From assembly GCA_051294905.1 (NCBI GenBank), contig CM119372.1, positions 21,638,001 to 21,702,000 on the forward strand: a DNA stretch of 64,000 nt, given 5' to 3'. This DNA is from Botryllus schlosseri (taxonomy: Eukaryota). The position numbers and the translations under genes are program-made. Shown here in pieces: positions 12,376 to 24,314 of the stretch (positions are counted from its first letter, which is position 1; each line of letters opens with the position of its first letter). The notes beneath the pieces are model-generated. The model saw only the letters and a list, made by a program, of their open reading frames with translations. It ran no database searches and was not told where the DNA came from.

Positions 12376-15072
12376 TATATCTTTACGGCCTTGGCTTACT
12401 GACTATGAATAAATCTATATGCAGAATAGGAATGGAATCATTCAGAATTATAAAGATCAAAATTTAAAGCTATTATAGAATCACACGTGACTGCGCTTAA
12501 TAAGTGTTTCGTGCCGAAATACTACAAAGAAACTCGTCACTGATACAATCGAGCGATGTCATGTAACAAATAACTCAGGCACAAAGGCTTTAAAGGCAGC
12601 CGTCGGTACGTCTTAGTCTCTGGATAATTTATTTTGTCGAATACTGTTGCAATCGTAAACGTGAAGTAGACGAATGCCAAACAAAGTCACAAAGATGTAT
12701 TCAGGTTGTAATCAATTAGCGATACAAGTGACACGATAGCAACGTAATCATGTCAATCCACGCCTTTTCCGAACGTGGGTTATCCTCATAGTTCGAGACC
12801 TGAAGTGATTGACTGAATATTATATAAAATACGACTTTCATTTATAGGACTGTGGCTCATAGTAAGTCCCGTTGCCGGTACACCTCGCCTAGGCTGCATA
12901 GGGGATTTCCAGACTTTAGAGACTTTCAACGTAAATATTTGACATAGATTACTCAATGCGTCTTAGCAGTCATATCCAAATATATTAAACCTCGCTTACT
13001 AGCAATTAGATTTCGCCTGCCTTCCTAGCAACAATTCTTACGAGCATAAAACATATCTCAGCTATACCGCAACAAGCGTATCACTGACTACTGGATAGGT
13101 GGAATGATCTGAATCTGAATAGCTTTGACCTGGATAAATTTGCGCACCACCTTTCGATGTTGCACCAGCTAGCCGACACGTTATGTATCATCACATTCAA
13201 ACAAATCACAAAGATTGAGCACACGACATCCGCGAGCTAACGATGACTTATATAGCTTTGTGGCTAACAATACGACTTCACGGTTACGTAACCATGCTCG
13301 TATAGTTCATGTTGGAACAGCATTCAACTTCGAATTTGAGGCGTTTTCTAAAAGTTAATGATCCATAAATAAAATCAAAAATTGATATAGTCCTGTTGTC
13401 TCGAAGCATATATTGTGATAACATGTCTTTGGATGTAGCAAAAAGGACATTGTGCGGTAACTATATCACTTTTCGTAATTATTAAGCAGACTCACAAACG
13501 TAATGCGCAGAAAATAAGATGGGTGCTGCAAGAATTACCGACAATCATCTCGCTTGCAATGAGCAATAGTAACAACATCAATAAACCTGTCCTCATATGA
13601 CAATACTTGGATCCGTTTTATAAGCACCGTTTCTTTAATAGAGTTCAAGATCAATCACGATCCACTACCTAATAGTAATTATGGTCACAGACATTTCTCA
13701 GCCAATGACAGCATACTCGTGATTGATTGAATAAATTAATAACTAAATATAATAGTAAGGCGTATACAATACAACAAACCTTATATATACATATATTACA
13801 TATAACTCATACCTATATTGAATTCACTGACATTCCTGACCGAAAAGCAACCATGAGATTAAACAGTGGTGCCGTAGATATACCATGACCAACTCCATAT
13901 AGTTCACAACGGTCTGATAACACAGAATCCGCGCCGATTCAGACACATAGCATATACAACACATTGTTCCGGAAAATTGGTATCGATGGCGAGATATGTT
14001 TTCAAAAATATGTGACGATAATTCTTGCCTAGGGCCATATATCTAAATACCCCGGACAAGCATGCAAACAATACTACAACTGTGATCTTCAAATCTAGAT
14101 TATATATTGATAGCCGACAGCTAATTGTCAGGATATTGCGCTGACCGCTATACCGACATCATTTAAAGGATGAAATACATCGTAACAAGGTATATGCTCC
14201 TTATCCCAAACGGCGGGATGATATGGTCATATCAAGCAATTTCCGAAAATTATCAAACGAAGAAGCTCTTGAAACTTTTATCGCGTGTAATTGTTCAGAT
14301 TCAAAACGATTATTTCTCCCACCACGCTTTGACGTTGCTGCGAGTCATAGTACCTTACCCAGATTAGTGTATCGACACCCATATATTGCTGAATGATTAT
14401 GAATAACTATTGGAGTTTGCAACAAACACAGTATGTTTGGTTCTTTTATTTTATATTCAGTGCGATATCCCGACCGCTAGATAAAATGACGTTGCTGGTG
14501 TATTTCAGCCATACAATGAACCGCAGATGTTTATTTACATCTATAGATGGACATCATCGTTCGGATAACGGAGTCTATTTTGAAGATAACGAGGTAAAGG
14601 TCAGATGTTGGATGGTTTCTTCATCAATGTCATCAATAACGAGTACGATTACCATTAACATATAAATCCAGCAGTAGTCGATTACGATGACATGGCAAAG
14701 TAATTATTAATTTTGATTGTTCACGATTACATATAGTTTGCTTGCTTGAACTTGAGATCAACACATATTCGAAAAATCCACATGAAGATTGGGTTGGGAC
14801 GGCAATGCTGCACCATTAGAAAACAATTTTTTGAACGTTGTGACGTAATTTCTTTGTAGCGTCACCGGATATGGGACAATTTTCGTTCCAGCATCGGCGA
14901 ATGCTGACCTGGTATTCGCGGGTGCTGACTGACGGCAAGTTCACATTTATATTAACGAGTGGCGAATTACCGATTGGTGCACATTTTTCATCATAGAGAA
15001 GACGCAAAATGTTTCGAAATGTTGAACGCGAAGGTCTGGGTCGGGATAACGAACACATCTTTTCGCAGGGTA

Positions 15073-15618
15073 AAAGGGTTGCATTTAAAACAAAAATCTA
15101 TTTAAAACAAACATGATTAAAACAAGGCCCTGTTTAAAACATGTTTTTTAAGCCATGACGTCACAAATATTCAGTTTGACGTCATAGTGGAATAACATTG
15201 ACAATTGAAAATATAGGATAAATATAGCTCATTTGACGAAATAGGCTTCCAACCCCTGTCATATATGGACTGAAAATACCTTTAACCAGGACTACATCGT
15301 CATGCAGCATTTTTACGGTGGGCGGTCATCATCATCAAGACATTCATTCCGTACCAATGATCTATATCTATCTATTATAGCTGTTGAACCGACCATTTAC
15401 AGGGTTTAAACCTTCCCATAGCGCATACGTCGGCTATATCGTGTGGTAACCGTTCGTAGGCTCATACAACATGATTTTGGAAGGTATTTACACAATTATG
15501 GCACAATTATACAACTTGAAAAAACACAAAATTTTTTAAAAGGTCTTTGTTTAGAACACTGTTTCAAACATGTTTTAAACAAAGTGTTTAAACAATCATT
15601 TGTTTTAAATACAACATT
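15073..15618. mobile_element. Copy of the TTTAAAAC-array MITE family
   Basis: Colinear by eye with 50847-51272 and 17910-18482. Confidence 0.8.
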
Positions 15619-16760
15619 AAGTGTAACGCTCCCCTATGCCGACAATCCACATAATACCGATATTCCGAGCCATCTCAACGAGAATGCAAGATTCACTGCT
15701 GGAGTATTATATATATCTATATTCTATATATACATTTTACAAGATTTATATACTGGTTACCACCAGTTCAAGTGATTCTATATTCATATTGACATGTTTT
15801 ATTGGTCTGTTTTGTCCGATTTTCAAACACATTCCCGGATTACAAGATCTCCAGTTCTCACCGGACAGCTACGTCCAAACTACGTGTATAGCATATCATA
15901 GCCAAATTCATTATATCATGATTATGCGATTAAATGTGATATTGCCGACATTCGACATGCATCATTCTCGAAAAAGAACTGGTTGTCATTTTCCTTCCAT
16001 AAGCTGGCTATAACTGTTGAAGGCCGGAGATACAGCAAACGTGTGGCTATTCTCGTCGAGCATCTGCCTATCAGTGATGAGCATCGGACGGACTCGGATA
16101 TGATTCGGACCGCATTTTGCACAATTTTGAGACAGTCGGATCGGATTCGGATTCTATTGCAGATTTTGTTTCGGATAGTTGTAACTTTGCTTCATATATT
16201 TTTGGATAGTTTTGACCAGACATGACTTTTGATTTCAAGTCAAAAGAATAAATCGTCAGCTCGTCAACTAAAACGGACAGTGTAATCCTTGTGACAGGAC
16301 TGATAGCATTCTAAAGGTAATATGTCAAAGGTCCAAGCAAATATAGATCAGCCAGCTCTACTAAAACTAGAAAGTCCTTATATACAACAATTGATTTACT
16401 CATGCAAAACAATCGATTACGATTACATGAACATGCTGTAATCGTCGCAATCATTTGTAATTTCAAATTACGATTATCCAACCCTATGGTAAAGTTAACA
16501 GCGATTTCTGGCCAATTAACTTGTTTCATCAGGCGTTTTGATCCAAGTCAATTTTAAATGAGAGTGGATGTCCACGATGTCAGCGCCTATTGCAAGGCGA
16601 ACCTTTCTGCACATGCACAGAGTACAATTTACACACAAACGTAGGGTACATTGTACAACCCTTTTGCTAGTAGGAATGGATTTCGTACAAAATGGGTGTC
16701 AGAGTGAATCTATACTTGGAGGCTTAAGAAATTCGATCAAATATACTCTAACTTCTAAAG

Positions 16761-16992
16761 CAGTGGTTTTCAACCTATGGGTCGTTTGCTGTATTGCTGG
16801 GGTCGCGAAGGAGCTATAGCATATATTATCAGTAATTAGCTTCTCAAATATACCACGAGTAGGTTGGGTTTGGGCGAAGGTGCTAAGCTTTATCGTTAGT
16901 TCGTCGTTAGCATCTTCAATTTAGAGATGGGTCACGGAATATTTTCAAGGATGGGAAATTGGGCCGCGACCATAAAAAGGTAGGAACCACTG
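16761..16992. mobile_element. hAT (Charlie-like) MITE
   Basis: CAGTGGTTTTCAACC ... GGTAGGAACCACTG; TSD TTCTAAAG / TACTAAAG. Confidence 0.8.
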
Positions 16993-17909
16993 TACTAAAG
17001 AGTGCGGAGAATCAAATGTGGTATAGGCCTACTGAATTTAATGTAATCCGCTTCTTCACAGTAATGTTGGCCATGGGACTTTTGATTTATGGTTGGGGAT
17101 GCAGGCCCGAAGCCACCTCGAAAACGATGACTAGAGTGACCTGGAACATAGTTGCTGTAAGCCGTGCAAGCGGCGAGGAGCTGTGGTCGGGATTGGTCGT
17201 TCAGAAAAAAGACGCCATTTATTACACATGTGCTGCCGGTATATAATTATGTATACGAGCCAGCTTGTATATTAAGAGCAACGTCAGAGCATGTAGTGTA
17301 GGCGCTAGGCTTTCTACATCTTCAACCCAAATCACACAAAAATGATAATTTAATACGAATTATGTCGATAACTACGGGTTGTATTGGTTTATTAAAAAAC
17401 GAACAGGTTGGTGCTTATCACCTGTTGGTCTTTTGCTTCACGGTCTATGTTAGTGTTTAAAGTAATGATCTACGGTTACTGATGGCGTACAACAAGACAT
17501 TGCGAGAAATAACATTTCGACACAAATATCATGCATGAGAAAATACAATCATCCCTCAAAACGATGGATATAGCGGAGTGGTAGGTTCTAAAGATGCAAC
17601 ACTATCATCCTGCGAATTCGAGTACAGCTAAGGCTCAAAATATCAAGGCGATCTGATCCGCGTATTCGGTGTCCTGTCAAAGCCTAGACTGATAGCGGGC
17701 CGTGCTCAAAACTGGCACACTTGACAATGAAGAATGTTAAGGTGAGATCATATTTGGGCAGCGGGTGAAACGTCGCCTTGGTGAAATTGTATAAACCGCT
17801 AGTCAAGTGATTCTTACAGCACTGGAGGGCGTGAAAAATATTAACGGCGGAAAGCTTCCTGAGAGATTCGTTCTTCAACTTGGAATGAGTCATCATTGCG
17901 TCGTACCTA

Positions 17910-18482
17910 CGGTAGCATTTAAAACAAAAATCAATTTAAAACAAACATGTTTAAAACAAGGCTCTTGTTTAAAACATGTTTTTTATTGTTTTTGTTTGTT
18001 TTTCAGCCATGACGTCACGAATATTTAATTGTGCCGTTACAGTGGATTGACATTGACAATTGAAAATATAGGATAAATATGGCTCTTTCGACGAAGAGGG
18101 CTTCCGACCACTGTCATAAACAGACCAAAAATATATTTAAACAGGAATACACCGTTATGCAGCATTTTTACGGTCGGCGGCAATCATCACCAGATCACCA
18201 ATTCCGTACCAATCATCTATATCTATTAGCTAAAACTGTTGGACCGACGACGATTTCGAGGATTCCAGCCACCCCACATTGTAGACGTCGACTATTATGG
18301 GTGCAAATCGTCCGTAGGCTCATACTACGTGGTTTCTCGGACGTATTTACACAATTATGGCATAATTAGACAACGTTTACAAAAAAAAAATTTTTTTTTA
18401 AAGGCATTTGTTTAAAACACCGTTTAAAACATCTTTTAAACAAAGTGTTTTAAAACACTATTTGTTTTACATGCAACCCTAG
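17910..18482. mobile_element. Copy of the TTTAAAAC-array MITE family
   Basis: Colinear with 15073-15618; right TIR ...TTTACATGCAACCCTA. Confidence 0.8.
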
Positions 18483-18499
18483 TCGTACCATTCATACAT

Positions 18500-19180
18500 A
18501 CCATAGCGGTTCTTGAACCGTCATGACCTACAGAACCCTACGCTGATCTGCAAGCCTTCGGGTTACCCTAAACTTTTGCTGGGTCACGAAAACAAAATCT
18601 AGTGCATTACACATCTCACTTCACCACTGGTTCTTAACCATTACTGACTCGCGTAACACTTACGCTAATCTATACGACTTCCCGGAACCCCAAATTTTCA
18701 CCAAGTCATAAAACAAAAATCCACCACACTACAAATCTAACTATACATCTAATACACTATGCTATAGATTGCTGGTACGCAAAATGAACTGTGCATTAAC
18801 AGAGTGTTAAAAGAACAAAACCATTAAAATATGATTTCCACAAAAAACGAAAACATTATAATGATTTATTCATTGCGACTCTACTGTTCCATTTCAGATA
18901 TCAGTTCAGAAATGCGAGGATTCACCGTGGGAGGTGTGGTCGCATTGTTCGGTCGAAACGCAAGCGTGATACGAATTGATTGATTACATATGAGCTTATA
19001 TATGTAGTTGATATAAATGACATTTCAGAAACACTAGGCTTCCATTTCGAATACCGACCCCTGCGTACGACATTGCACACGACGTATACCACCAAAACAG
19101 TCACAATTAGGAGTACTGATAAGAGGTAAATGTATGCAACCATTGATGGCCAAGACGGGCGTATCATCACTAGGGCAAGT
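18500..19180. repeat. Unclassified repeat, copy A (copies B 19416-19730 inverted; C 33897-34090 plus 35586-35950)
   Basis: Shared blocks such as TAGATTGCTGGTACGCAAAATGAACTGTGCAT, CAAGACGGGCGT and ATGAGCTTATA, seen by eye. Confidence 0.8.
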
Positions 19181-19997
19181 TGTTGCAACTTTTGCAACTT
19201 CTTTTTACAGCTTGCAGAAGATTCCCGAATACTAGGAATTAATGTAGAATGATGTTTTATGCTGTTCCTATTGTAACTTTTTTCTATTTTAATGCAACTT
19301 TTTACTGAGGCTTTCTCACAATTCTAGTGCATGCCGGGATCACTAAAGGTTCCATGAGCCAGTCTCAAGGCTTCACTGGAGGTCAAGACACACAGTAACC
19401 TCACTCATATGATTTGTGATGATACGCCCGTCTTTGCGATCTGGTTGCAGGCATTTAGGCCGAATCAGTAGTCGAATTGTGACTGATGTCGACGAACTTC
19501 ATGAGCCATGGCGTAAGCAGGGGAGGTTAGTATTCGAAATCGAAGCTAAGTCTTTCTGTAATGCCAATTCTATCTCCAATATTTATAAGCTCATTAGTAA
19601 TCAAGCAATTGATATCACGCTAGCGCTTCGTGCGAGCAATACGATGACACTGAATATGCCTATTCATTATGTTTTCGTTTAGTGTGGAAATCATATTTTA
19701 GTGATATGTTCTTTTAACAGTCTGTTGATGAAAGGAAGGAAAGGACGTAGTTCATTTTTGTCCTTGCGGCATATACACCGATTCATTATATGCAATATAC
19801 ATACATACACACGATCTGTGCATATGCAATTATGCATACCATGAGTGAATGACATGCATATGCCGCTAATTGACAAGGAAGGGCAGATATAGCCTTGTAA
19901 GGCTTTTTAAGTTTTGCACCACTCCTTCATGCTATCCCAGTAATGCATGAGCGCTAATCGCGGAAGTCATGGATACCATTGTTACCAATCAGATCTT

Positions 19998-20065
19998 TGG
20001 TCGGAGGATCGAACCCTCGACCTATACCGATCAAGAAGCCGGACGCTTTACCAATAAATGCTATC
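19998..20065 (-). pseudogene. tRNA-derived pseudogene or SINE head
   Basis: A-box-like TAGCATTTATTGG and B-box GGTTCGATCC, but a broken anticodon stem and no good acceptor stem. Confidence 0.55.
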
Positions 20066-20129
20066 TTGTCGTTTATATGACGCGCAGTTCATTTTGTACG
20101 CCATCAGTATGTAGCAGGATAAGTATTTA

Positions 20130-20952
20130 TTAGATGTGAACGTGAGGTTCCCGTTTGCGTTCTGTCCGTGAACCTCGGAAATTTAGAGGTTCACGTTCAC
20201 AAACGAACCTTGGTATGTTCTGCACTGTGAACCTTTTTCATATATTACAATTTTCACTTCATTATATTCATTGCATTTCAACTGCGGGCCACTCAATCAC
20301 ACAACATCAAGAGCGAAATACACTACATGTTGGTAGTCATGCGAATGGTGCTTATGCAACCAATCTATGAAATTGATATCGATGTCTGATGTAAAAAATC
20401 TAGCAGGCGCACGGGGTCAATCTTGATTTGATATGTTTATTGTATCGAAAAAAACAAATCCGTGCGATTGGAGTGTTGGCTACTGCTGTATAACTTGTTA
20501 AAGGGGGAGTATCGGTAGCAAGTATAGAAACCTGTTTTACACTCTGCACAATGTCAACGTAGCAATACTCAGACGCCGAATACATTGTTCGGTCTGGTCC
20601 GGACCGTTAAGGCGTAAGCTCATATTCCCTTGCAAGTCCTCGTCGAAATTGTTGACCAAGCGACGAAGGATATAGATTATATGGGATTATTATATCATTT
20701 GATTGATACAGTTGATACATTTGACGACGTTTAAAAAGTCAGTATGTGCTTCAGCATTGTGGCATTATGTGGCCCGAGTCGTCGCTAGGTATCGTGTACA
20801 CAAATATATATCACTTCATTGAAATGTAGGGTTGGAATTAGCAATATGACGTCACGTGACGTCACGAGGTTCACGTTTGCGTTCACACAGAACCTTTCAA
20901 TAAGGTTCGCGTTCACACGAACCTGAGCCTTTCAGAGGTTCACACCATCCCT
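20130..20952. mobile_element. MITE-like element with GTTCAC/GAACC arrays; second inverted copy at 63330-64000
   Basis: Right end ...GTTCACACCATCCCTA; reverse complement of about 20330-20950 aligns by eye with 63330-63990. Confidence 0.7.
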
Positions 20953-21819
20953 ACTTATTAGTGTATTAGATTTTTGTTTTCTCTGACTCAGCGAAAATTG
21001 GGGGTTCCGTGAAGATTAGCATAGGTAAGTGTTCCGCGGGTTAGTAAAGGTAAGACACACTGATATACAGTAAAAAGAACCGGCCCAAGAACTGAGTCTT
21101 GGGTGTATTATATCTATCAAACATCCATCTCAGCCTACTTATACGAATAAAAATAGGGCTCGACGTAAGATTGGGCAAATAAACCAGATGAACTTCCGCG
21201 ATCTTCCAGTTCCTAACGAGACAGCCAATGGCAATGAAAAGTATTTTCATGGTATATTTTCCGTCTCTCGCAAGATGGCGCTGCTGAGGAGTCTCGGAAT
21301 TCTGGACGTGCTGCTGGTCACGTCGCCGTTAGACGTCGCATCGCTCTCGGCGAGGAGAGAATATTCGATACACAGAACGCAGAAGAGATGTAATAGTCTT
21401 TAAATAAAACATCGACCTCAGCGTTGTTGTTGTTGTTCGTAGTATTCATGGTGCTTGTCGACTACTATCGTCATTCACACCAGGCCAATTTTCATCATTT
21501 TTATTCCATAGCTGCCGACTTGCAGCACGGCCCACTTCTAGGCCTCAGCGTACGAATATACTAATAGTAATGATGCTTCAATCAATCAGTTTTATTAATA
21601 TTTTCATCATTTCAAAACATCAATGTTAATCATAACCAGTGTTTCTATCAGTTCTATTATTAGGCGCAAGCACTGGCCAATTCAATCTCATATTATTCCA
21701 GGCTGCGATCCTATATTGATTTTCCAAGACCAATCAAAAATGATGAATACAATAGAACACAAAATAAACATTTTTGTACATTAATTATAATTAGTCAATG
21801 CATATTCAGTCTATATGTG

Positions 21820-21950
21820 ATGGTTGAGTTGTTTTTGCTCTGGTGGCGGAAAGAGCCTGCCGCATGTCATATTGCATATCCAAGACAGTGCACTGCTTTG
21901 CCAGTGACGAGTGGCCACTGCATCACAGCATCCGTAACATATGGTCCAGA
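21820..21950 (+). mobile_element. Possible degenerate hAT dimerisation-domain relic
   Basis: LLWWRKE...YPRQCTALPVTSGHC loosely resembles the WW...FP...LAIPATS motif. Confidence 0.3.
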
Positions 21951-22399
21951 GACACGCACGTAAGTGCAAATGACATTTGTGTGTAGTCGTGATCACCAAC
22001 AGCATGGCCAGCAGGAATGCCACTGGGATATTTCGGAAAAAAAACAGATGTGGACGTTAAATAAACCCAGAAAAACCCGGTTCATATATTTCACTCAAAT
22101 TGCTATGCGAGAGCTGAGAAAATGGAAACGGACAGTCATTATAATTACAGTAATACTGACATAGAACCAAATTTTAGCCCTTGATATTAAAACTATGACA
22201 ATTCATACTATACATTTGCAATGCAACCCACACAAATATATTTTGTTTTCTTTTTGACGCATTGCTACGAAAAAAATTGGTGCGCGTCGGTCCGAAAGCT
22301 CGTATAGTAAATAAAATTATTACTCTGCAAGTGGACGTTAAACAAGGTGTGAACGCAACCAAGATCTTTTTATTTATTTAGTGATATACAATAAATTTG

Positions 22400-23025
22400 T
22401 TGGAGTGATACTAGCAGTCAATCTTGAATCGATTTATATTGCAAGAAAACGTTTCTAGTGAGTCTTCCAATGACTGAACACGACATTCTGCGATCTGGAA
22501 GTTAGTATTCAACAAAGCTCCGGCCATCACATCATGTCAAGGCCGTTCATTTTAGTAGTGCAACAGTCTCTTCACCAGACTCTGCCGTAACAATACAATG
22601 AAATCCACCGACAATGCAGCAATCAAGCAGTAATTTTCGACATTATGATCTTACTAATCTAATATAATTGATTTTCGATTATAAAATTAACCTGACGAAT
22701 ATGATATTGAAAAAACTCAGATTTCAAGGACAAAAACCCGGAAACCCAGGTGATGCTCGAAAAACCCAGATCTGGTTGGAAAAACACAGGAGTGGCATGT
22801 CTGATTGCCAGTTGCCAGCCACTCAGTGAAATGCAATATGTATCGTCGAAATTATCATCTTTGTGACATAGAATTGACGTATTATGTTCTTTGGAGTCGC
22901 ATAAAAGGTACATATTTGAACCCCCACGTCATGAATACTCTTCTGACGTCAAAATGAGTGATACTCGATCATACTCGACTCATCGATTCAGAATGGAATC
23001 TGTTACTCGATTTTGCCCACCACTA
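22400..23025. mobile_element. Older, diverged copy of the same MITE family
   Basis: 22940-23020 (GACGTCA.AATGAGTGATACTCGAT...TACTCGATTTTGCCCA) matches the right end of the 23164-23678 element; the left boundary is approximate. Confidence 0.6.
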
Positions 23026-23108
23026 CCGACTATCGAAGAACTGTCATTTCATAGTATAATTAACTTTGCTCGGTAGATGGCGCTGCTGTATCGATTTTCG
23101 AGTTCGCC

Positions 23109-23128
23109 AGAAATTTCGAGAAGTCTCG
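23109..23128 (+). promoter_or_regulatory. Heat-shock element (HSF site) upstream of the sHSP gene
   Basis: aGAAa-tTTCg-aGAAg-tCTCg: three perfect and one 1-mismatch alternating nGAAn pentamers. Confidence 0.8.
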
Positions 23129-23163
23129 AACTTTGGACGTGCTACTGGTCACGTACTCACCTC

Positions 23164-23678
23164 TAGGGCTGGGCAAAATGATTCGAGTACTCGAATCTGA
23201 ATCGAGCAGTAATTCTAATGATTCGAGTCGAGTAGTAAAAGACGATTTTTTCGAGTACTGACATTATACGGTCCTCGCAACTGAAAGTTCATTTACTGAC
23301 GAGAATTATAGTTTTGATACTATTTTCCACTGAGGAAGCCGTGAAACCTTGATTGGCCGTGTTTCAGCATACCAGACACAGTTTAAAGCTACGAACGTTA
23401 CTGGAAATAACACATTTCCGAAGACATTAGCATCCAACAAAATTGTCAAGAAGTGCAATGAAATCGGTATGGTCGAAAAAATACCAAAGCATCTTTAATG
23501 TGATGGATATCAGGCATTACGTTCTTTGTGGTGACATAAAAGGTTCATATTTGGACTTGGACATAGTACATCCTGTTGTGACGTCATAATGAGTGATACT
23601 CGATTACTCGACTCGACTCGAATCATATTACGTGATTCAGAATCGAATCACTCAGGTACTCGATTTTGCCCAGCCCTA
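23164..23678. mobile_element. hAT MITE with ACTCGA arrays, inserted in the sHSP promoter
   Basis: TIRs TAGGGCTGGGCAAAAT / ATTTTGCCCAGCCCTA; perfect 8-bp TSD CTCACCTC at 23156-23163 and 23679-23686. Confidence 0.93.
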
Positions 23679-23701
23679 CTCACCTCGCTCTCGGCGAGGA
23701 G

Positions 23702-23739
23702 AGATTATTCGAGAGCTATGTCAATTCCTGTATATATAT
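23702..23739 (+). promoter_or_regulatory. Degenerate proximal HSE and TATA box of the sHSP gene
   Basis: aGATt-aTTCg-aGAGc at 23702-23716, then TATATATAT at 23731-23739, about 85 bp before the ATG. Confidence 0.6.
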
Positions 23740-23822
23740 TGACCGCGAACAATGCGGCTGGCAATCTTCATTTTTAAGGTGACTTGAGGTACTCAAGCGA
23801 ATTGTTCAGAGCGGCAGTGAAA

Positions 23823-24314
23823 ATGTATTCTCTATCGTTGGGAAGACCACTCTTGAGCTTCACGGATCATCCGGGCAGTCGCCATGGAATGCAGTTCCCA
23901 CGCGAATCGGTCGATTTCGAAGAGCCTTTGTGGATGCATCGTCTGGGAGACATAGCTGATAGGATGTTCGGCGACCAAGTTATCGACAAAGACTCTCAAA
24001 CAAACTCCGGAAAATTCGACCTGAAGCTGATGATGAGACACTTTCGGCCGGAGGACATCACAGTCAAGGTCGACGGCGATAATGTGATCGTGGAAGCCAA
24101 ACGCGAGCAGAAGAAGGAAGAAGACGGCTCGTACTCGTACAGTTGTCGCGAGGTGAAGCGATCTTATCCGATACCAAAGGGCGTGGACAAGAAAAATCTG
24201 ACGTCTGCGTTCTCAAGAAACGGCATCCTTGAGATAGAAGCCCCCATGTTGCAGATCGAAGATGAGGTGCCCGAGAAAACTTCGATTGCAGTGACACACG
24301 TTGAAGAAAGCTGA
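23823..24314 (+). CDS. Small heat-shock protein (HSP20/alpha-crystallin domain), intronless
   Basis: 163-aa ORF from ATG at 23823 (the ORF-track TTG start at 23784 is probably not used); contains HFRPEDITVKVDGDNVIVEAKREQK...VKRSYPIPKGVD...SAFSRNGILEIEAP, a clear alpha-crystallin domain. Confidence 0.95.
   Translation: MYSLSLGRPLLSFTDHPGSRHGMQFPRESVDFEEPLWMHRLGDIADRMFGDQVIDKDSQTNSGKFDLKLMMRHFRPEDITVKVDGDNVIVEAKREQKKEEDGSYSYSCREVKRSYPIPKGVDKKNLTSAFSRNGILEIEAPMLQIEDEVPEKTSIAVTHVEES

Noticed and set aside
18897-19060. Selenoprotein/SECIS idea (TGA conserved across three copies, followed by ATGA)
   Set aside because: ATGA-to-AA spacing does not fit a SECIS and the upstream peptides are poorly conserved.
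19416-19660. Box C/D snoRNA idea (GTGATGA ... CTGA) for the triplicated unit
   Set aside because: The C box is not kept in copy C, the length is atypical and there is no terminal stem.
19998-20065. Functional tRNA gene
   Set aside because: A and B boxes are present but the cloverleaf is broken.
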